From contig DAOOOU010000001.1 of the NCBI GenBank assembly GCA_035387905.1, positions 1 to 26,439 on the forward strand: 26,439 bases of DNA, written 5' to 3'. Each line of letters starts with the position of its first letter. The first letter of the stretch is position 1. The position numbers were made by a program, and so were the translations under genes. Source of the DNA: Bacilli bacterium. Its GTDB lineage: Bacteria; Bacillota_I; Bacilli_A; RF39; UBA660. The notes below the pieces were generated by a model that did not search any database, had not been told where the DNA came from, and saw only the letters and a program-made list of their open reading frames with translations. Of the stretch, positions 1 through 10,910 are shown in pieces.

Positions 1-439
1 CAAGTTTAATCGTTTTTTCACAACCAAAAACAGCTTCTTCAAAAGATAAATTTAGTTTAACTAAAACATCTTCACCTTTGGTTGGTCGGGAACTACTTTT
101 ACGGCTATTATTAAAGCCAAAACTACCCCCAAAGAATTCTTCGAAGATACTACCTAAATCAAAATCACTTGGATTAAAGCCCCCAAAACCACCTGCTCCT
201 CCTGGGCCACCTTGTTCAAAAGCGGCATGACCATATTGATCATAAGCCTGTCTTTTTTCTTGATCACTTAAAACAGCATAAGCTTCACCGAGTTCTTTAA
301 ATTTCGCTTCGGCATCCTTTTCTTTATTAACATCAGGGTGGTATTTTTTAGCTAATTTGCGAAAAGCACTTTTAATTTCTTGTTCGGTAGCATTTTTAGA
401 AACACCTAAAATATCATAATAATCTTTTTTATTTGCCAT
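1..439 (-). CDS. dnaJ: Chaperone DnaJ, N-terminal part (J domain, G/F-rich region); runs off the left edge of the window
   Basis: Hand translation from ATG at 439: [88 protein letters not shown]...[24 protein letters not shown] motif present; RBS-like AGGTTGAG upstream. Not in the ORF track because it is truncated. Confidence 0.98.
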   Translation of the reverse strand, partial: MANKKDYYDILGVSKNATEQEIKSAFRKLAKKYHPDVNKEKDAEAKFKELGEAYAVLSDQEKRQAYDQYGHAAFEQGGPGGAGGFGGFNPSDFDLGSIFEEFFGGSFGFNNSRKSSSRPTKGEDVLVKLNLSFEEAVFGCEKTIKL

Positions 440-450
440 TATCTCAACCT

Positions 451-2253
451 CTAACTATTTTCTATTGTATCAAATAAATCTATTAAATCGGAAAAAGCTG
501 TTATTGCCTCGTCAATAATTTGGGGTTTAGTCATATCAAGGCCTAATTCTTTAATTAAATTTAGGGGATAATCACTACCACCTTTAGTTAAAAATGCTAA
601 ATACTTAGTTAACATTTCTTGATCCTGAGCCATTATTTTATGGGCAATATAAGTTGCCATACTAATTCCGGTAGCATATTGATAGTAGTAATAATTATAA
701 TAAAAATGAGGCACCGCTGACCAACCATACTGAGCATTAGGTGAAATCTTAACTTGCTTTTGATAGAACTTTTGCAATAAGTTAAGCCAGATGTTATTGA
801 TTGTTTCATTAGTTACGGTTTCATTATTCTGGAGTTTCTCATGAAGTTGAACCTCAAAGTCAGCACCCATTGTTGCTTTAAATAAATTACTATAATATAA
901 GTTTAATAAATTACTTATAATATATAATTTTTCTTGTTTATCTTTTGACTTATTAAGTAAATAATGAGCCATTATTATTTCGTTAGTTAAAGATGCTACT
1001 TCCGCAAGGAAGATACTGTGGTCATAATATTGATAAGGATTGTTTAATACTGAATAATAACAATTAATGGCATGACCTAACTCATGGGCAAGTGCGGAGA
1101 CATCATCTAATTTATTCTCATAATTAGCTAAAATAACTGGTTTAGCACTATAATTAGGCATACAATAAAAGCCTGATGCTTTGCCTTTGTTATGATAGAC
1201 ATCAATCCATCTTTCCTTAAAAGCTTTATTTATTATATTACCATAATCCTTGCCTAAAGTCCCAAGTGCTTCAATAATTATTCTTTGTGCTGTTTCATAT
1301 GGATAATCTTTATCTAAGCTACTAACTAAATTAGCATTTAAATCATAGTCAGTTAAGGTTTTTACTTTTAATTGGGTTTTTAATAATTGATAGTATTTAG
1401 TTAATACTTTAAGCTTATTATCTACGGTATTAATTAAATTGTAATAAATCTGGGGATCAAGATCATTTTTATATAATGATTCCGCTAAAGCGCTTTGATA
1501 ACCACGCGTGATTGCTTCTAAATTTTCGCTTTTGTAACAACCAATTAAATTTTCACTTAAGCAAAGGTTATAAGCTTGATACTGCTTACGATATAGTGTC
1601 GTTACCCGTTTTCTTACAGCCCTTGAAGAGCTATGAATATATTTACGGTAATTACTATTATTAAGTTCTACTTTCTGCTGATTCTCGTCAATAAAAGAAC
1701 CATATTTTATTTGGGAATTAACAATAAAGTTAAACGATTTGTAAAAACCATCAGTAATACTATTAAAATTAGTCATTAACTCTTCTTTGTCAGTTGGTAA
1801 TATATAATCAGCAAAGCGATAAATTTTTGCTAAAACAAAAGCATAAGGGGCTAAACTTGCTTCTTGGGTAAGATATTTTTTAATTACTTGATAATCAGTT
1901 TTTAATAATTCGGGTAGAATAAAACTTTGTTCGGTATTCATTTTAGTAATTAAATTAGCAATTCGCACTTGATTTTGCAGATGTTCATTATTTTCACAAT
2001 CCTCATCTTTTTTTAGATAGGTATATACAGCAATTTTTTCCATTAATAATGATAAAGCATGATAATCTTTTAAAAATTTACTTAAAGTTATAGCATCCTT
2101 AGTAATTATCCCCCGATAATTTAAGATTGCTGCGGCCTTTGTTATTAATTGCTGAACATCATGCTCAAAAGCTTCAGGTTGCTTGTAAAAATCACTTAAA
2201 TCCCACTGATATTGCTCGGCAATTTCCGCTCTTAGTTTTTGTTTTTTAGCCAT
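451..2253 (-). CDS. pepF: Oligoendopeptidase F (M3B zinc metallopeptidase)
   Basis: 600 aa. N-terminal 'YQWDLSDFY', zinc motif HELGH, third-ligand region FLAEVAS, '[14 protein letters not shown]' and '[12 protein letters not shown]' match PepF. RBS GGAGGT at about 2259-2264. Confidence 0.93.
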   Translation of the reverse strand: MAKKQKLRAEIAEQYQWDLSDFYKQPEAFEHDVQQLITKAAAILNYRGIITKDAITLSKFLKDYHALSLLMEKIAVYTYLKKDEDCENNEHLQNQVRIANLITKMNTEQSFILPELLKTDYQVIKKYLTQEASLAPYAFVLAKIYRFADYILPTDKEELMTNFNSITDGFYKSFNFIVNSQIKYGSFIDENQQKVELNNSNYRKYIHSSSRAVRKRVTTLYRKQYQAYNLCLSENLIGCYKSENLEAITRGYQSALAESLYKNDLDPQIYYNLINTVDNKLKVLTKYYQLLKTQLKVKTLTDYDLNANLVSSLDKDYPYETAQRIIIEALGTLGKDYGNIINKAFKERWIDVYHNKGKASGFYCMPNYSAKPVILANYENKLDDVSALAHELGHAINCYYSVLNNPYQYYDHSIFLAEVASLTNEIIMAHYLLNKSKDKQEKLYIISNLLNLYYSNLFKATMGADFEVQLHEKLQNNETVTNETINNIWLNLLQKFYQKQVKISPNAQYGWSAVPHFYYNYYYYQYATGISMATYIAHKIMAQDQEMLTKYLAFLTKGGSDYPLNLIKELGLDMTKPQIIDEAITAFSDLIDLFDTIENS

Positions 2254-2270
2254 ATTTTACCTCCGCCATA

Positions 2271-2298
2271 ATTAAAAAGAGACTTAGCTCTTTTTAAT
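2271..2298 (-). terminator. Intrinsic terminator-like hairpin between dnaK and pepF
   Basis: ATTAAAAAGAG-ACTTAG-CTCTTTTTAAT, an 11-bp perfect inverted repeat with A/T tracts on both sides. Confidence 0.7.
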
Positions 2299-2300
2299 AA

Positions 2301-4118
2301 TTATTTTTCTTCGTAAGATGCTTCTTTAATTTCTTCTTCATTATTTGAAGAAACATTATCTTCATTAGGTGTTTGATTATTTTTAGCTGCTTCTTCATAA
2401 ACTTTAGTTGCTAAAGCCATTGCTTTCTCATTTAAAGCTTCCGATTTTTGTTTAATATCATCAATATCATCATCTTTTAAGGCTTTCTTCAAATCAGCAA
2501 TTTTATCTTCAACTTCTTCTTTTTCTTGATCACTAATTTTGTCACCTAAATCTTTTAAGGCTTTTTCGGTAGCAAAAATGTTACTATCAGCTTCATTACG
2601 AACTTCAGCTTCCGCTTTACGTTTTTCATCGGCTTCTTTATTAGCTTCTGCTTCTTTCATCATTTTATCAATTTCTGCATCAGATAAATTTGTTGATGAA
2701 GAAATGGTAATACTTTGGGCTTTATTAGTTCCTAAATCTTTAGCGGTAACATTAACAATCCCATTAGCATCGATATCAAATTTAACTTCAATTTGTGGTA
2801 CTCCTCTTGGTGCTGGTGGAATATCTCCTAGTTGGAAATGACCTAAGGTTTTATTATCCGCTACCATTGGTCTTTCACCTTGAAGAACATGAATATCAAC
2901 TGCTGGTTGATTATTCTCCGCAGTACTAAAGATCTGACTCTTACTTGTTGGAATAGTTGTATTTCTGGGAATTAAAACCGTCATAACATTACCTAAAGTT
3001 TCAATTCCTAGACTAAGCGGTGTAACATCAAGTAATACTAAGTCGCCCATTTCGCCAGTTAATACGCCACCTTGAATTGCCGCCCCCATAGCTACAACTT
3101 CGTCAGGGTTAACTCCTTTATGGGCTTCTTGACCTAATTCTTTTTTAACTAATTCCTGAATATAGGGGATTCTTGTTGAACCACCAACTAAAATTACTTT
3201 ATTAATATCGCTAGCTTTTAATTTAGCATCTTTCAAAGCTTTATGTACTGGCTCTAAAGTACTATCAAATAAATCACGACATAGATCTTCAAACTTAGCA
3301 CGGGTAATATCCATTTCAAAATTTACTGGTGACCCATCAACTTGGGCTATAAATGGCAAGGAAATTTGGGTTTTAGCTAACCCTGATAAATCCTTTTTCG
3401 CTTTTTCGGCAGCTTCTTTAACTCTTTGCATTGCGGCTTTATCTTTAGTGACATCAACATCAGTTTCTTTCTCAATTTGTTTAATAATATAATCCACTAA
3501 GCGATCATCAAAGTCGTCACCGCCTAAGCGATTATTACCACTAGTTGCTTTAACTTCAAAAACCCCTTCACCAACTTCTAAGATCGATACGTCAAAAGTA
3601 CCACCACCTAAGTCATAAACTAAAATGGTATGTAAATTATCTTGTTTGTCCAAGCCATAAGCTAAAGCCGCAGCTGTTGGTTCATTAATAATTCTTTCTA
3701 CTTCTAAACCGGCAATTTTACCAGCGTTTTTTGTTGCTTGACGTTCGGCATCATTAAAATAGGCCGGAACGGTAATTACAGCTTTAGTTACCTTTTCTCC
3801 TAAATAACTTTCCGCATCAGCTTTTAATTTTGCTAATATTTTAGCACTTATTTCTTCAGGTGTATATTTCTTATCATTTGCCTCTACTTTAGCTTTAGTA
3901 CCCATTTTTCTTTTAATTGAAGAAATGGTATTTTCAACATTAATTACGGCTTGACGTTTAGCCGTCTCACCAACTAATTCTTCACCTTTCTTGAAGGCTA
4001 CTACTGAAGGCGTTGTTCGATTTCCTTCACTATTAGGAATAACCTTTGGTTCACCGCCTTCTAATACAGCGACACAACTATTAGTTGTTCCTAAATCAAT
4101 GCCTATTATTTTACTCAT
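2301..4118 (-). CDS. dnaK: Chaperone DnaK (Hsp70)
   Basis: 605 aa. [47 protein letters not shown]. Short Gram-positive-type N-terminal ATPase region. Confidence 0.99.
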   Translation of the reverse strand: MSKIIGIDLGTTNSCVAVLEGGEPKVIPNSEGNRTTPSVVAFKKGEELVGETAKRQAVINVENTISSIKRKMGTKAKVEANDKKYTPEEISAKILAKLKADAESYLGEKVTKAVITVPAYFNDAERQATKNAGKIAGLEVERIINEPTAAALAYGLDKQDNLHTILVYDLGGGTFDVSILEVGEGVFEVKATSGNNRLGGDDFDDRLVDYIIKQIEKETDVDVTKDKAAMQRVKEAAEKAKKDLSGLAKTQISLPFIAQVDGSPVNFEMDITRAKFEDLCRDLFDSTLEPVHKALKDAKLKASDINKVILVGGSTRIPYIQELVKKELGQEAHKGVNPDEVVAMGAAIQGGVLTGEMGDLVLLDVTPLSLGIETLGNVMTVLIPRNTTIPTSKSQIFSTAENNQPAVDIHVLQGERPMVADNKTLGHFQLGDIPPAPRGVPQIEVKFDIDANGIVNVTAKDLGTNKAQSITISSSTNLSDAEIDKMMKEAEANKEADEKRKAEAEVRNEADSNIFATEKALKDLGDKISDQEKEEVEDKIADLKKALKDDDIDDIKQKSEALNEKAMALATKVYEEAAKNNQTPNEDNVSSNNEEEIKEASYEEK

Positions 4119-4140
4119 TTTTATCTTCCTTTCTTTCTCT

Positions 4141-4653
4141 CTATTCGCTAACTTTTACCATTGCGAATCTAATAACTTTTTCTTGATATAGATATCCTTT
4201 TTGTAAGACATCAATTACTTTGTGTGCTTCTATCCCAGTGACTTTCTCGGTTAGCACAGCTTCCATCGTTGTATGGTCAAAATCTTTATTTAAACAATCA
4301 ATTTCCTTAACCCCAAATTGTTCTAAAGTTGTTTTTAATTGGGAATACATCAATTTGAAACCATCTAAGAATTTAGAAACTTGATCGTCTAATACGGTGT
4401 CATCCATCTGAATGGCTCGCTCAAAATTATCTAATGTAGGTAAGATAGCTAGGATTATTGCTTCCCCATCATATTTAATAATTTCACCAATCCGTTCTTC
4501 ATAGCGGCGGCGCATATTCTGCATCTCCGCATTTAAACGTAAGAATTTATCGTTTAATAATTGATAATCATTCTTCAGTTTTGCTTTTTCTTGAAGATCA
4601 ACATTTGGTGTTGCTTCAGGAACTACTTCTTGATTATTGTTTTTTTTAGTCAT
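4141..4653 (-). CDS. grpE: Nucleotide exchange factor GrpE
   Basis: 170 aa. '[13 protein letters not shown]', '[10 protein letters not shown]', '[18 protein letters not shown]'. Lies between hrcA and dnaK. Confidence 0.97.
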   Translation of the reverse strand: MTKKNNNQEVVPEATPNVDLQEKAKLKNDYQLLNDKFLRLNAEMQNMRRRYEERIGEIIKYDGEAIILAILPTLDNFERAIQMDDTVLDDQVSKFLDGFKLMYSQLKTTLEQFGVKEIDCLNKDFDHTTMEAVLTEKVTGIEAHKVIDVLQKGYLYQEKVIRFAMVKVSE

Positions 4654-4677
4654 TATTTATTTCCTTCCCTATGCTTA

Positions 4678-5670
4678 TTATTTATTTCCAATATTTTTAT
4701 TAATATATTCAAGAAGACCAACTACCCGTGCATATTCCATTCTTTTAGGTCCCACAATAGCAATTGTGCCTTCTTCGCCATTAATATTATATTTACTTTT
4801 AATGATTGTCACATTAGGATCGAATTCAGTATCTTCACCAATATAGATATTAATTCCTTGGTCTTTTTCCTCAATTTTTTTAATTAATGATTCATCTTCA
4901 AACTTATTAATAATATTCTTTATTTCGGCTGCATTGTTATATTCTGGTTGCTTTAAAATATTTGTTTTACCACTAAAGTGAACATTAGCATTGTTTTTAG
5001 TAAAATCATTAAAAGCATCATAGAAAATATTATATACCGCTTCATACTGAATAATTTTTTTAGCAATAATTGGCTTGATGTCATACTCTAAACGCATGCT
5101 AACTTCATCAATTGGGGTACCCACGAGCATCTTATTAATAATTTCACTCGTTTTAATTAGTTCTTCAATAAAGATTTCTGGAGGAATCACAAATTGTTTA
5201 TTTTCGACAATTCCTTTATTAGTACAAACTAAGGCGACAACTTTATTTTCTTCAAAGGGAATAATACTGATTTGTTGCAATGTATTATCCTTAGAATTTT
5301 TACCTAAGACAACACTCGTATAATTCGTAATATCACTGATTATTGCCATACACTGGCTAATGGTATCATTGATTGCTAACTGTTGATTATGAAATATAGT
5401 TTGCAACTTAAGCATGTCATCGCCAGTTAGTTCTTTTGGTTTCATTAAATGTTCAACATAATAACGATAACCCATTTCACTAGGTACGCGCCCTGAAGAA
5501 ATATGATTTTTTTCAATATAACCTAAGTTTTCTAAAACCGCCATTTCATTACGAATTGTAGCACTAGATATCTTGAATTTTTTGCATAACATCTTACTAC
5601 CTACTGGTTTTACTAACTTAATATATTGCTCGATAATTTCCTTAAGTAGTTCCTTTTGTCGTTCATCCAT
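4678..5670 (-). CDS. hrcA: Heat-inducible transcription repressor HrcA
   Basis: N-terminal wHTH 'ERQKELLKEIIEQYIKLVKPVGSK...SSATIRNEMAVLENLGYI...SSGRVPS..GYRYYV' and C-terminal 'GTIAIVGPKRMEY'. Start re-called at ATG 5670 (MDERQK), preceded by RBS GAGGTG. The track's TTG start at 5742 falls in the promoter. Confidence 0.97.
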   Translation of the reverse strand: MDERQKELLKEIIEQYIKLVKPVGSKMLCKKFKISSATIRNEMAVLENLGYIEKNHISSGRVPSEMGYRYYVEHLMKPKELTGDDMLKLQTIFHNQQLAINDTISQCMAIISDITNYTSVVLGKNSKDNTLQQISIIPFEENKVVALVCTNKGIVENKQFVIPPEIFIEELIKTSEIINKMLVGTPIDEVSMRLEYDIKPIIAKKIIQYEAVYNIFYDAFNDFTKNNANVHFSGKTNILKQPEYNNAAEIKNIINKFEDESLIKKIEEKDQGINIYIGEDTEFDPNVTIIKSKYNINGEEGTIAIVGPKRMEYARVVGLLEYINKNIGNK

Positions 5671-5682
5671 AAAAGTCACCTC

Positions 5683-5709
5683 TTGGCACTCTTCTTTTTT
5701 AAGTGCTAA
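5683..5709. promoter_or_regulatory. CIRCE operator (HrcA site), proximal copy with canonical N9 spacer
   Basis: Minus strand TTAGCACTT-AAAAAAGAA-GAGTGCCAA versus consensus TTAGCACTC-N9-GAGTGCTAA. Lies directly upstream of the hrcA RBS. Confidence 0.9.
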
Positions 5710-5713
5710 TAAC

Positions 5714-5742
5714 ATTATAATTGGCTTTTTAGCACTTGTCAA
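5714..5742 (-). promoter_or_regulatory. Sigma-A promoter of the hrcA-grpE-dnaK operon
   Basis: Perfect consensus on the minus strand: TTGACA (5742-5737), 17 nt, TATAAT (5719-5714). Confidence 0.92.
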
Positions 5743-5756
5743 TAGCTGAGTGCTAA
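5729..5756. promoter_or_regulatory. CIRCE-like operator, distal copy with a 10-nt spacer, overlapping the -35 box
   Basis: Minus strand TTAGCACTC-AGCTATTGAC-AAGTGCTAA. Arms are near consensus; spacer is 10 nt rather than 9. Confidence 0.75.
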
Positions 5757-5763
5757 TTTTTTT

Positions 5764-5790
5764 ATAAAAACAAAAGGTGCTTTTAGCACC
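5764..5790 (-). terminator. Intrinsic terminator after the 5793-7925 gene
   Basis: Minus strand GGTGC-TAAAA-GCACC followed by TTTTGTTTTT, immediately after the stop codon. Confidence 0.7.
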
Positions 5791-5792
5791 CT

Positions 5793-7925
5793 TTAATTAA
5801 GCTCTGTACCAGTCGTTAAATCAAACTGATGATCAACATAATTTGTTCCGTCATAGATTGAAATTGTCGCTTGATTAGAAGTAAAACTTATCTTGTAAGG
5901 TGGCTTATCTAAGTTAGCATAATCTTTAGTTGTTAACGGTAATTTGACGTTATTAATGACGTTTTGATTTTGATAATCATATAATGTTAGGGAATTTGGT
6001 TCATCGACGACAGCGACGTAATCATCATAAAGATCTACATAGATATGACTGAAATCAAGTACTTGGTTACCTTGATAATCATAAACATAGTAACGGTTGC
6101 TTTTTTTAACTTTCAAATAAAGATCAGTATAATTAACGATTTTACCATCATAAGTGATTGTACTTATCAAGTTATCAGATAATAATTTCCATTTATTATC
6201 CGTTGTTTGAACTAACATATACTTACCCAATTTTTCCATACTCGTATAATTAAAATCGTAGATAACGGCAACGCCATCTTGATCAATACTCAGCATGCCC
6301 ATTTTATTACTCTTGTTTTTGGCAACAACTTGTAAGTCATCACTTGTCACATGATTTAGAACACCACTATTAGCAGCCGTATATGTATTAACTGAAAGAT
6401 ATGTCCCCAAAACTTTTTTATTCATTAAATCATATAATTTTATTACGGTTTGACTACTTGAAGCACCACTTGGAGTATCGTAAATAAAGACAAATCTTTG
6501 ATTAATAATCGGAATCATCGCTTGGCGATTTTGATTAGTTTCTAATTCATTATTTTCATAAACCGTGTCACTTGCTGGTAAACAATTTTTGAGTCCACTA
6601 GCTAGATCTTGGTTAGGATTAGTACAAGGGTATGAGCCAATTAATATTTCTTTGGCGAGGTCTTCATAAAAATATAATTTGCCACCAAAGTAACTATAAT
6701 AAGCTAATGCTTTAGCAAATGATCCTTCTTGTAAATTAATATTGTATACTTTATCTTGTTCCTTACTTTCATTAACCGCTACCGTTAAGCGGTTATTTTC
6801 TTCACCTAAAGTTATAATTGCGGCATATTTTTTGCTAATCTCAACACCATCTTCATCATATGTAATCTCTGGATTATAAGTTGTATTAAGTAAAATAATG
6901 CCCTCTTCATTTAATTTAGTGTTATTAATATCACGAGCTAATAAACGATTTTGATCGTTAACGATTAAAAAATAAGGTCCACATAAATAAATATACTTAT
7001 TATCTTTTGCTAATTCTTTTGCCGTATGATCAGTTATGGTATATCTGCCGGAAGCATCTTTTAATTTGACATAAGTATCATTATAGCCGACTATTTGATT
7101 TTTAAAAGCAACAGCACTTAAACTACCATTGTAGTTTGCTAAATACCACTTATTACTTTTTTTAGCAATAACATAATTAGTTTTAGCATCTTGATTCTCA
7201 ATAATTCCTAAATAATCATTAGTAAATGTAATCTTCGTTTTAACTTCCGTAGCACTAATTTCTAACATGCCATACTTACCTTCACTGTCTTTAGCAATGA
7301 CATAGTCCTGAATTAAAGAATTATAAGCTTTAATTAACTGATAGTAACCTATCGTCTTTTTTGTTTTAATATTATAAAGAATAACAACTCCTGATTCAGC
7401 AGTTTTATTATCATAAATAAAGACATAATTATCAAAATAAATCTTTGACCTTAATTTTATTTCTTGCCCATCTTCAGCAAGTAATTTTGGTTTATCAAAA
7501 TCATCCTCATTATCAAGATAAGCAACATAACATAGTTTTTCGGCTTTATTTTCACAATTATAAGTACCAATTTCTTTATTATTGCTAACAAAAATTAATT
7601 TACCATCTTTATAACTATAATTATCATTGATCACAATTTTACTTGGAGTTGCAGTTTTTTTTGCTTCAGGAGCAAAATGTTTTAATAACCAAAAAGTAAC
7701 TCCGGCAATTACGATTAATAAAAGCACAACCCCACTAATTAACATTACTTTTTTCTTTTTCGATAAAGATTGCCAAAACTTTTTGATTTTTTTAAAGCAT
7801 TGTTTTTTGATTTTTGGTTCTTTACCTGCTGCTTTAATTTCGGGAGCTTGCTTTTTCTCAGCAACAACCAATTCTTTTAATTCATCTAATTTTTTAGTCT
7901 TTTCTTGATCAAAAATTTCACTCAT
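5793..7925 (-). CDS. Hypothetical membrane-anchored, beta-rich extracellular protein made of two ~305-aa tandem copies
   Basis: Start re-called at ATG 7925 (MSEIF), RBS GAGGTG. Charged cytoplasmic N-terminus, basic patch KKKK, one TM helix (VMLISGVVLLLIVIAGVTFWLL), then a Tyr/Asn/Asp-rich ectodomain with a clear internal duplication. Confidence 0.85.
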   Translation of the reverse strand: MSEIFDQEKTKKLDELKELVVAEKKQAPEIKAAGKEPKIKKQCFKKIKKFWQSLSKKKKVMLISGVVLLLIVIAGVTFWLLKHFAPEAKKTATPSKIVINDNYSYKDGKLIFVSNNKEIGTYNCENKAEKLCYVAYLDNEDDFDKPKLLAEDGQEIKLRSKIYFDNYVFIYDNKTAESGVVILYNIKTKKTIGYYQLIKAYNSLIQDYVIAKDSEGKYGMLEISATEVKTKITFTNDYLGIIENQDAKTNYVIAKKSNKWYLANYNGSLSAVAFKNQIVGYNDTYVKLKDASGRYTITDHTAKELAKDNKYIYLCGPYFLIVNDQNRLLARDINNTKLNEEGIILLNTTYNPEITYDEDGVEISKKYAAIITLGEENNRLTVAVNESKEQDKVYNINLQEGSFAKALAYYSYFGGKLYFYEDLAKEILIGSYPCTNPNQDLASGLKNCLPASDTVYENNELETNQNRQAMIPIINQRFVFIYDTPSGASSSQTVIKLYDLMNKKVLGTYLSVNTYTAANSGVLNHVTSDDLQVVAKNKSNKMGMLSIDQDGVAVIYDFNYTSMEKLGKYMLVQTTDNKWKLLSDNLISTITYDGKIVNYTDLYLKVKKSNRYYVYDYQGNQVLDFSHIYVDLYDDYVAVVDEPNSLTLYDYQNQNVINNVKLPLTTKDYANLDKPPYKISFTSNQATISIYDGTNYVDHQFDLTTGTELN

Positions 7926-7949
7926 AAAAACACCTCTATTATTTATCAT

Positions 7950-7960
7950 ATTATAACATA
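7950..7960 (-). promoter_or_regulatory. Extended -10 promoter for the repeat membrane protein gene
   Basis: Minus strand TATGTTATAAT (TRTG-n-TATAAT) between the hemW stop and the RBS. Confidence 0.6.
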
Positions 7961-7962
7961 TT

Positions 7963-9045
7963 CTAAATCATTTTAATTAAAATTTCATTCATTATATATA
8001 AGCGTTCTGGATTAATAAAAATATTACCGTTTTTATAGATTAAATCTTTGCTTTTAAGCAGTGGCTTGATGGGAAAAACCTCTTGCATATTAAGTTCGAA
8101 TTTATCAAAAAAGGCTTTCAGATTAATTCCTTCGCTTTTACGTAGGCCAAGTAATAATTCGTTTTCCATAATCGTTGCTTTACTTAACATTTCTTCTTTT
8201 AAAACATACTTACCTTGGAAATAATCAGTTAAACTTCGCGTGTTTTCGTATCTTACCCCAAAAGTATAACCATGAGCCCCCACCCCAAAGCCATAGTATT
8301 CTAAATTATGCCAATAATTTAAATTATGTTTTGCAGCATAGCCTTTTTTAGCAAAATTACTTACTTCATAATGAAGATATTTTTTTGTTGCTAATTTACG
8401 ACAGATCGTATCATACATCTGGCGGTCTAAATCTTCGCTAATCGGATTAACACAAGCTATGCCAATTTTGGTATTATCTTCGACAATAAGGGAATAAGTA
8501 CTAATATGTTCCGGTTTTAGTTTTAGAAATAAACGTAAATCTTTTTTTAAATCCTTTATTGTTTCACCAGGAATACCATAAATTAAATCAAGATTAATAT
8601 TATTAAAATGATATTGGCGAACAAGAGCAAGCTTTTCACTAACATCTTTAAAAGTATGATTACGTTCCATAAACGCTAATTTTTTACTGTTAAATGATTG
8701 AACCCCAATACTTAAGCGATTAACAGGGTAATTACTTAAAAGTTTTAATAAATTTTCCGTTAAATCATTAACATTACATTCAAAAGTAAACTCAACCTGA
8801 TCAGCTAGTTTTAGCTTGCCAATAATATCAAATAAGTATTTTAAGTCTTTTTCACTTAAAGCACTTGGTGTGCCGCCACCAATATAGATTGTTTTAATTA
8901 GCTCATCATGATACTTATCCTTAATCTCATTTACTAAAGCATTTAGATACTTTGTCACCCAAGGGCCATGCATTAATACTTTACAAAAATCACAATAAGA
9001 ACAGATATTTTGACAAAAAGGAATGTGAATATAAACACTTTCCAT
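7963..9045 (-). CDS. hemW: Radical SAM heme chaperone HemW (HemN-like)
   Basis: YIHIPFCQNICSYCDF (CxxxCxxC), IYIGGGTPS, RLSIGVQSF, YEVSNF and the HNLNYW signature typical of HemW rather than true HemN. Follows lepA as in many Bacillota. Alternative GTG start at 9054. Confidence 0.9.
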   Translation of the reverse strand: MESVYIHIPFCQNICSYCDFCKVLMHGPWVTKYLNALVNEIKDKYHDELIKTIYIGGGTPSALSEKDLKYLFDIIGKLKLADQVEFTFECNVNDLTENLLKLLSNYPVNRLSIGVQSFNSKKLAFMERNHTFKDVSEKLALVRQYHFNNINLDLIYGIPGETIKDLKKDLRLFLKLKPEHISTYSLIVEDNTKIGIACVNPISEDLDRQMYDTICRKLATKKYLHYEVSNFAKKGYAAKHNLNYWHNLEYYGFGVGAHGYTFGVRYENTRSLTDYFQGKYVLKEEMLSKATIMENELLLGLRKSEGINLKAFFDKFELNMQEVFPIKPLLKSKDLIYKNGNIFINPERLYIMNEILIKMI

Positions 9046-9060
9046 AACTTTCACCCTTCT

Positions 9061-10854
9061 TTAGTCTTTCTTTTTTAATACTGCTAAAAAAGCTTCCTGA
9101 GGAACTTCTACACTGCCGACCATCTTCATTCTTTTTTTACCAGCTTTTTGTTTTTCTAGCAACTTCCGTTTACGTGAGACATCGCCGCCATAGCATTTAG
9201 CTAAAACGTTTTTGCGCATCGCACTAATATTCTCCCGAGCAATTACTTTACTACCAACCATGGCTTGAATTGGTACTTGAAACATTTGCCGCGGAATAAT
9301 CGTTCTTAGATTTTCGACAATATCTTTACCTCGTTGATAAGCAAAATTTTTATGGACAATTAAACTTAAGGCATCCACCGTTTCACCATTAATGAGAATA
9401 TCCATTTTAACTAAACTACTTGGTAAGTAACCGCTCATTTCATAATCTAATGAAGCATAACCTTTGGTAGTACTCTTTAGAGTATCAAAAAAGTCATAAA
9501 CAACTTCTGATAAAGGTATATGATAATGAATATTAACTCGCGTTTGGTCTAAATAATCCATGGTCTTAAAGTTACCTCGTTTATTTTGACATAATTCCAT
9601 AATTGGTCCAATGTATTCTGCAGGGACAATTATACTAGTTAAAATATAGGGTTCTCTAATCTCTAAAATAGTTCCTCGATCGGGCATTTTATGAGGCGAA
9701 TCAATAGTAATTACTTCATGATTAGTTAATTCGATTTCATAAATAACACTAGGACTTGTGGCAATTATATCAAGATTAAACTCACGTTCAATCCGACTCA
9801 TAATAATTTCCATATGAAGGAGTCCCAAAAAGCCACATCTAAAACCAAAGCCTAAAGCTTCTGAAGATTCTGGTTCATAAGCTAAAGCCGCATCATTTAA
9901 TTTCAGTTTTTCTAAGGCATCTCTTAATGCCACAAACCGATTTGGTTCAACCGGAAATAAACCGGAATAAACCATTGGTTTCATTTTCTGATAACCCGGT
10001 AAACTTACTTGGGCTGGATTATTCACACTAATAATTGTGTCACCAACATTTACTTTACTAATATCTTTAATACTGGCACATAACCAGCCAACTTCACCGC
10101 AAACTAATTCGTTTTTCTTAACTTCTTTGGGCGTATTAACTCCTAACTCAACAATTTCATATTCTTTATTGGCCATCATCATTTTAATTCGCTCTTTAGC
10201 ATGAAAAACGCCATCAACTACTCTAATTAAGGCAACTACCCCACGGTAGGGGTCAAAAAAGCTATCAAAAATTAAAGCCCGTGGCGGATTATTATTTATT
10301 TGGGGACCAGGTATTCGTTCAATAACTGCTGCTAAAAGTTCTGGTACCCCTTCCCCAGTTTTGCCACTACATAAAATTATTTCTTCTTTTTTAAATCCTA
10401 AAACACTAACTAGTTCGTTAGTTACTCGCGTAATATTAGCGTTTGGTAAATCAATTTTATTGATCACCGGAATTATTGTTAAATTGTTCTTCATTGCTAA
10501 AAATAAATTAGCTAAAGTCTGGGCTTCAATCCCTTGAGCGGCATCAACTACGAGTATTGCTCCTTCACAAGCGGCTAAACTACGGCTCACTTCATACGAA
10601 AAATCGACATGGCCAGGGGTATCAATTAATTGTAAAATATATTCTTGATTTTGATAATTATATTTTAACTGCACAGCATTTAATTTAATTGTTATCCCAC
10701 GTTCACGTTCTAAATCCATATTATCAAGTAGCTGCTCTTTCATATCACGATCAGCAACCCCACCGGTAATTTCTAAGATGCGATCTGCAAGAGTACTTTT
10801 ACCATGGTCAATATGAGCAATTATCGAAAAATTACGAATGTTTTTCTGCTCCAT
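9061..10854 (-). CDS. lepA: Elongation factor 4 (LepA)
   Basis: 597 aa. [82 protein letters not shown]. Confidence 0.99.
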   Translation of the reverse strand: MEQKNIRNFSIIAHIDHGKSTLADRILEITGGVADRDMKEQLLDNMDLERERGITIKLNAVQLKYNYQNQEYILQLIDTPGHVDFSYEVSRSLAACEGAILVVDAAQGIEAQTLANLFLAMKNNLTIIPVINKIDLPNANITRVTNELVSVLGFKKEEIILCSGKTGEGVPELLAAVIERIPGPQINNNPPRALIFDSFFDPYRGVVALIRVVDGVFHAKERIKMMMANKEYEIVELGVNTPKEVKKNELVCGEVGWLCASIKDISKVNVGDTIISVNNPAQVSLPGYQKMKPMVYSGLFPVEPNRFVALRDALEKLKLNDAALAYEPESSEALGFGFRCGFLGLLHMEIIMSRIEREFNLDIIATSPSVIYEIELTNHEVITIDSPHKMPDRGTILEIREPYILTSIIVPAEYIGPIMELCQNKRGNFKTMDYLDQTRVNIHYHIPLSEVVYDFFDTLKSTTKGYASLDYEMSGYLPSSLVKMDILINGETVDALSLIVHKNFAYQRGKDIVENLRTIIPRQMFQVPIQAMVGSKVIARENISAMRKNVLAKCYGGDVSRKRKLLEKQKAGKKRMKMVGSVEVPQEAFLAVLKKKD

Positions 10855-10910
10855 TTTCTCACCTATTACTAATTATATAATAAATATCAGGTAAAAAATA
10901 GTTTTTTATA

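Noticed and set aside
5671-5742. N-terminal extension of HrcA (MTSAKKPII...) in the ORF track
   Set aside because: It runs through the promoter and both CIRCE elements; ATG 5670 has the RBS and gives the normal N-terminus.
5774-5790. TTAGCAC at 5783 as a third CIRCE
   Set aside because: It is a half-site only, in the wrong orientation to pair with the neighbouring arm, and is explained as part of the upstream terminator hairpin.
7963-9054. Calling the radical SAM gene hemN (coproporphyrinogen III oxidase)
   Set aside because: Its length, HNxxYW motif and lepA/hrcA context fit HemW, and no heme pathway genes are in the window.
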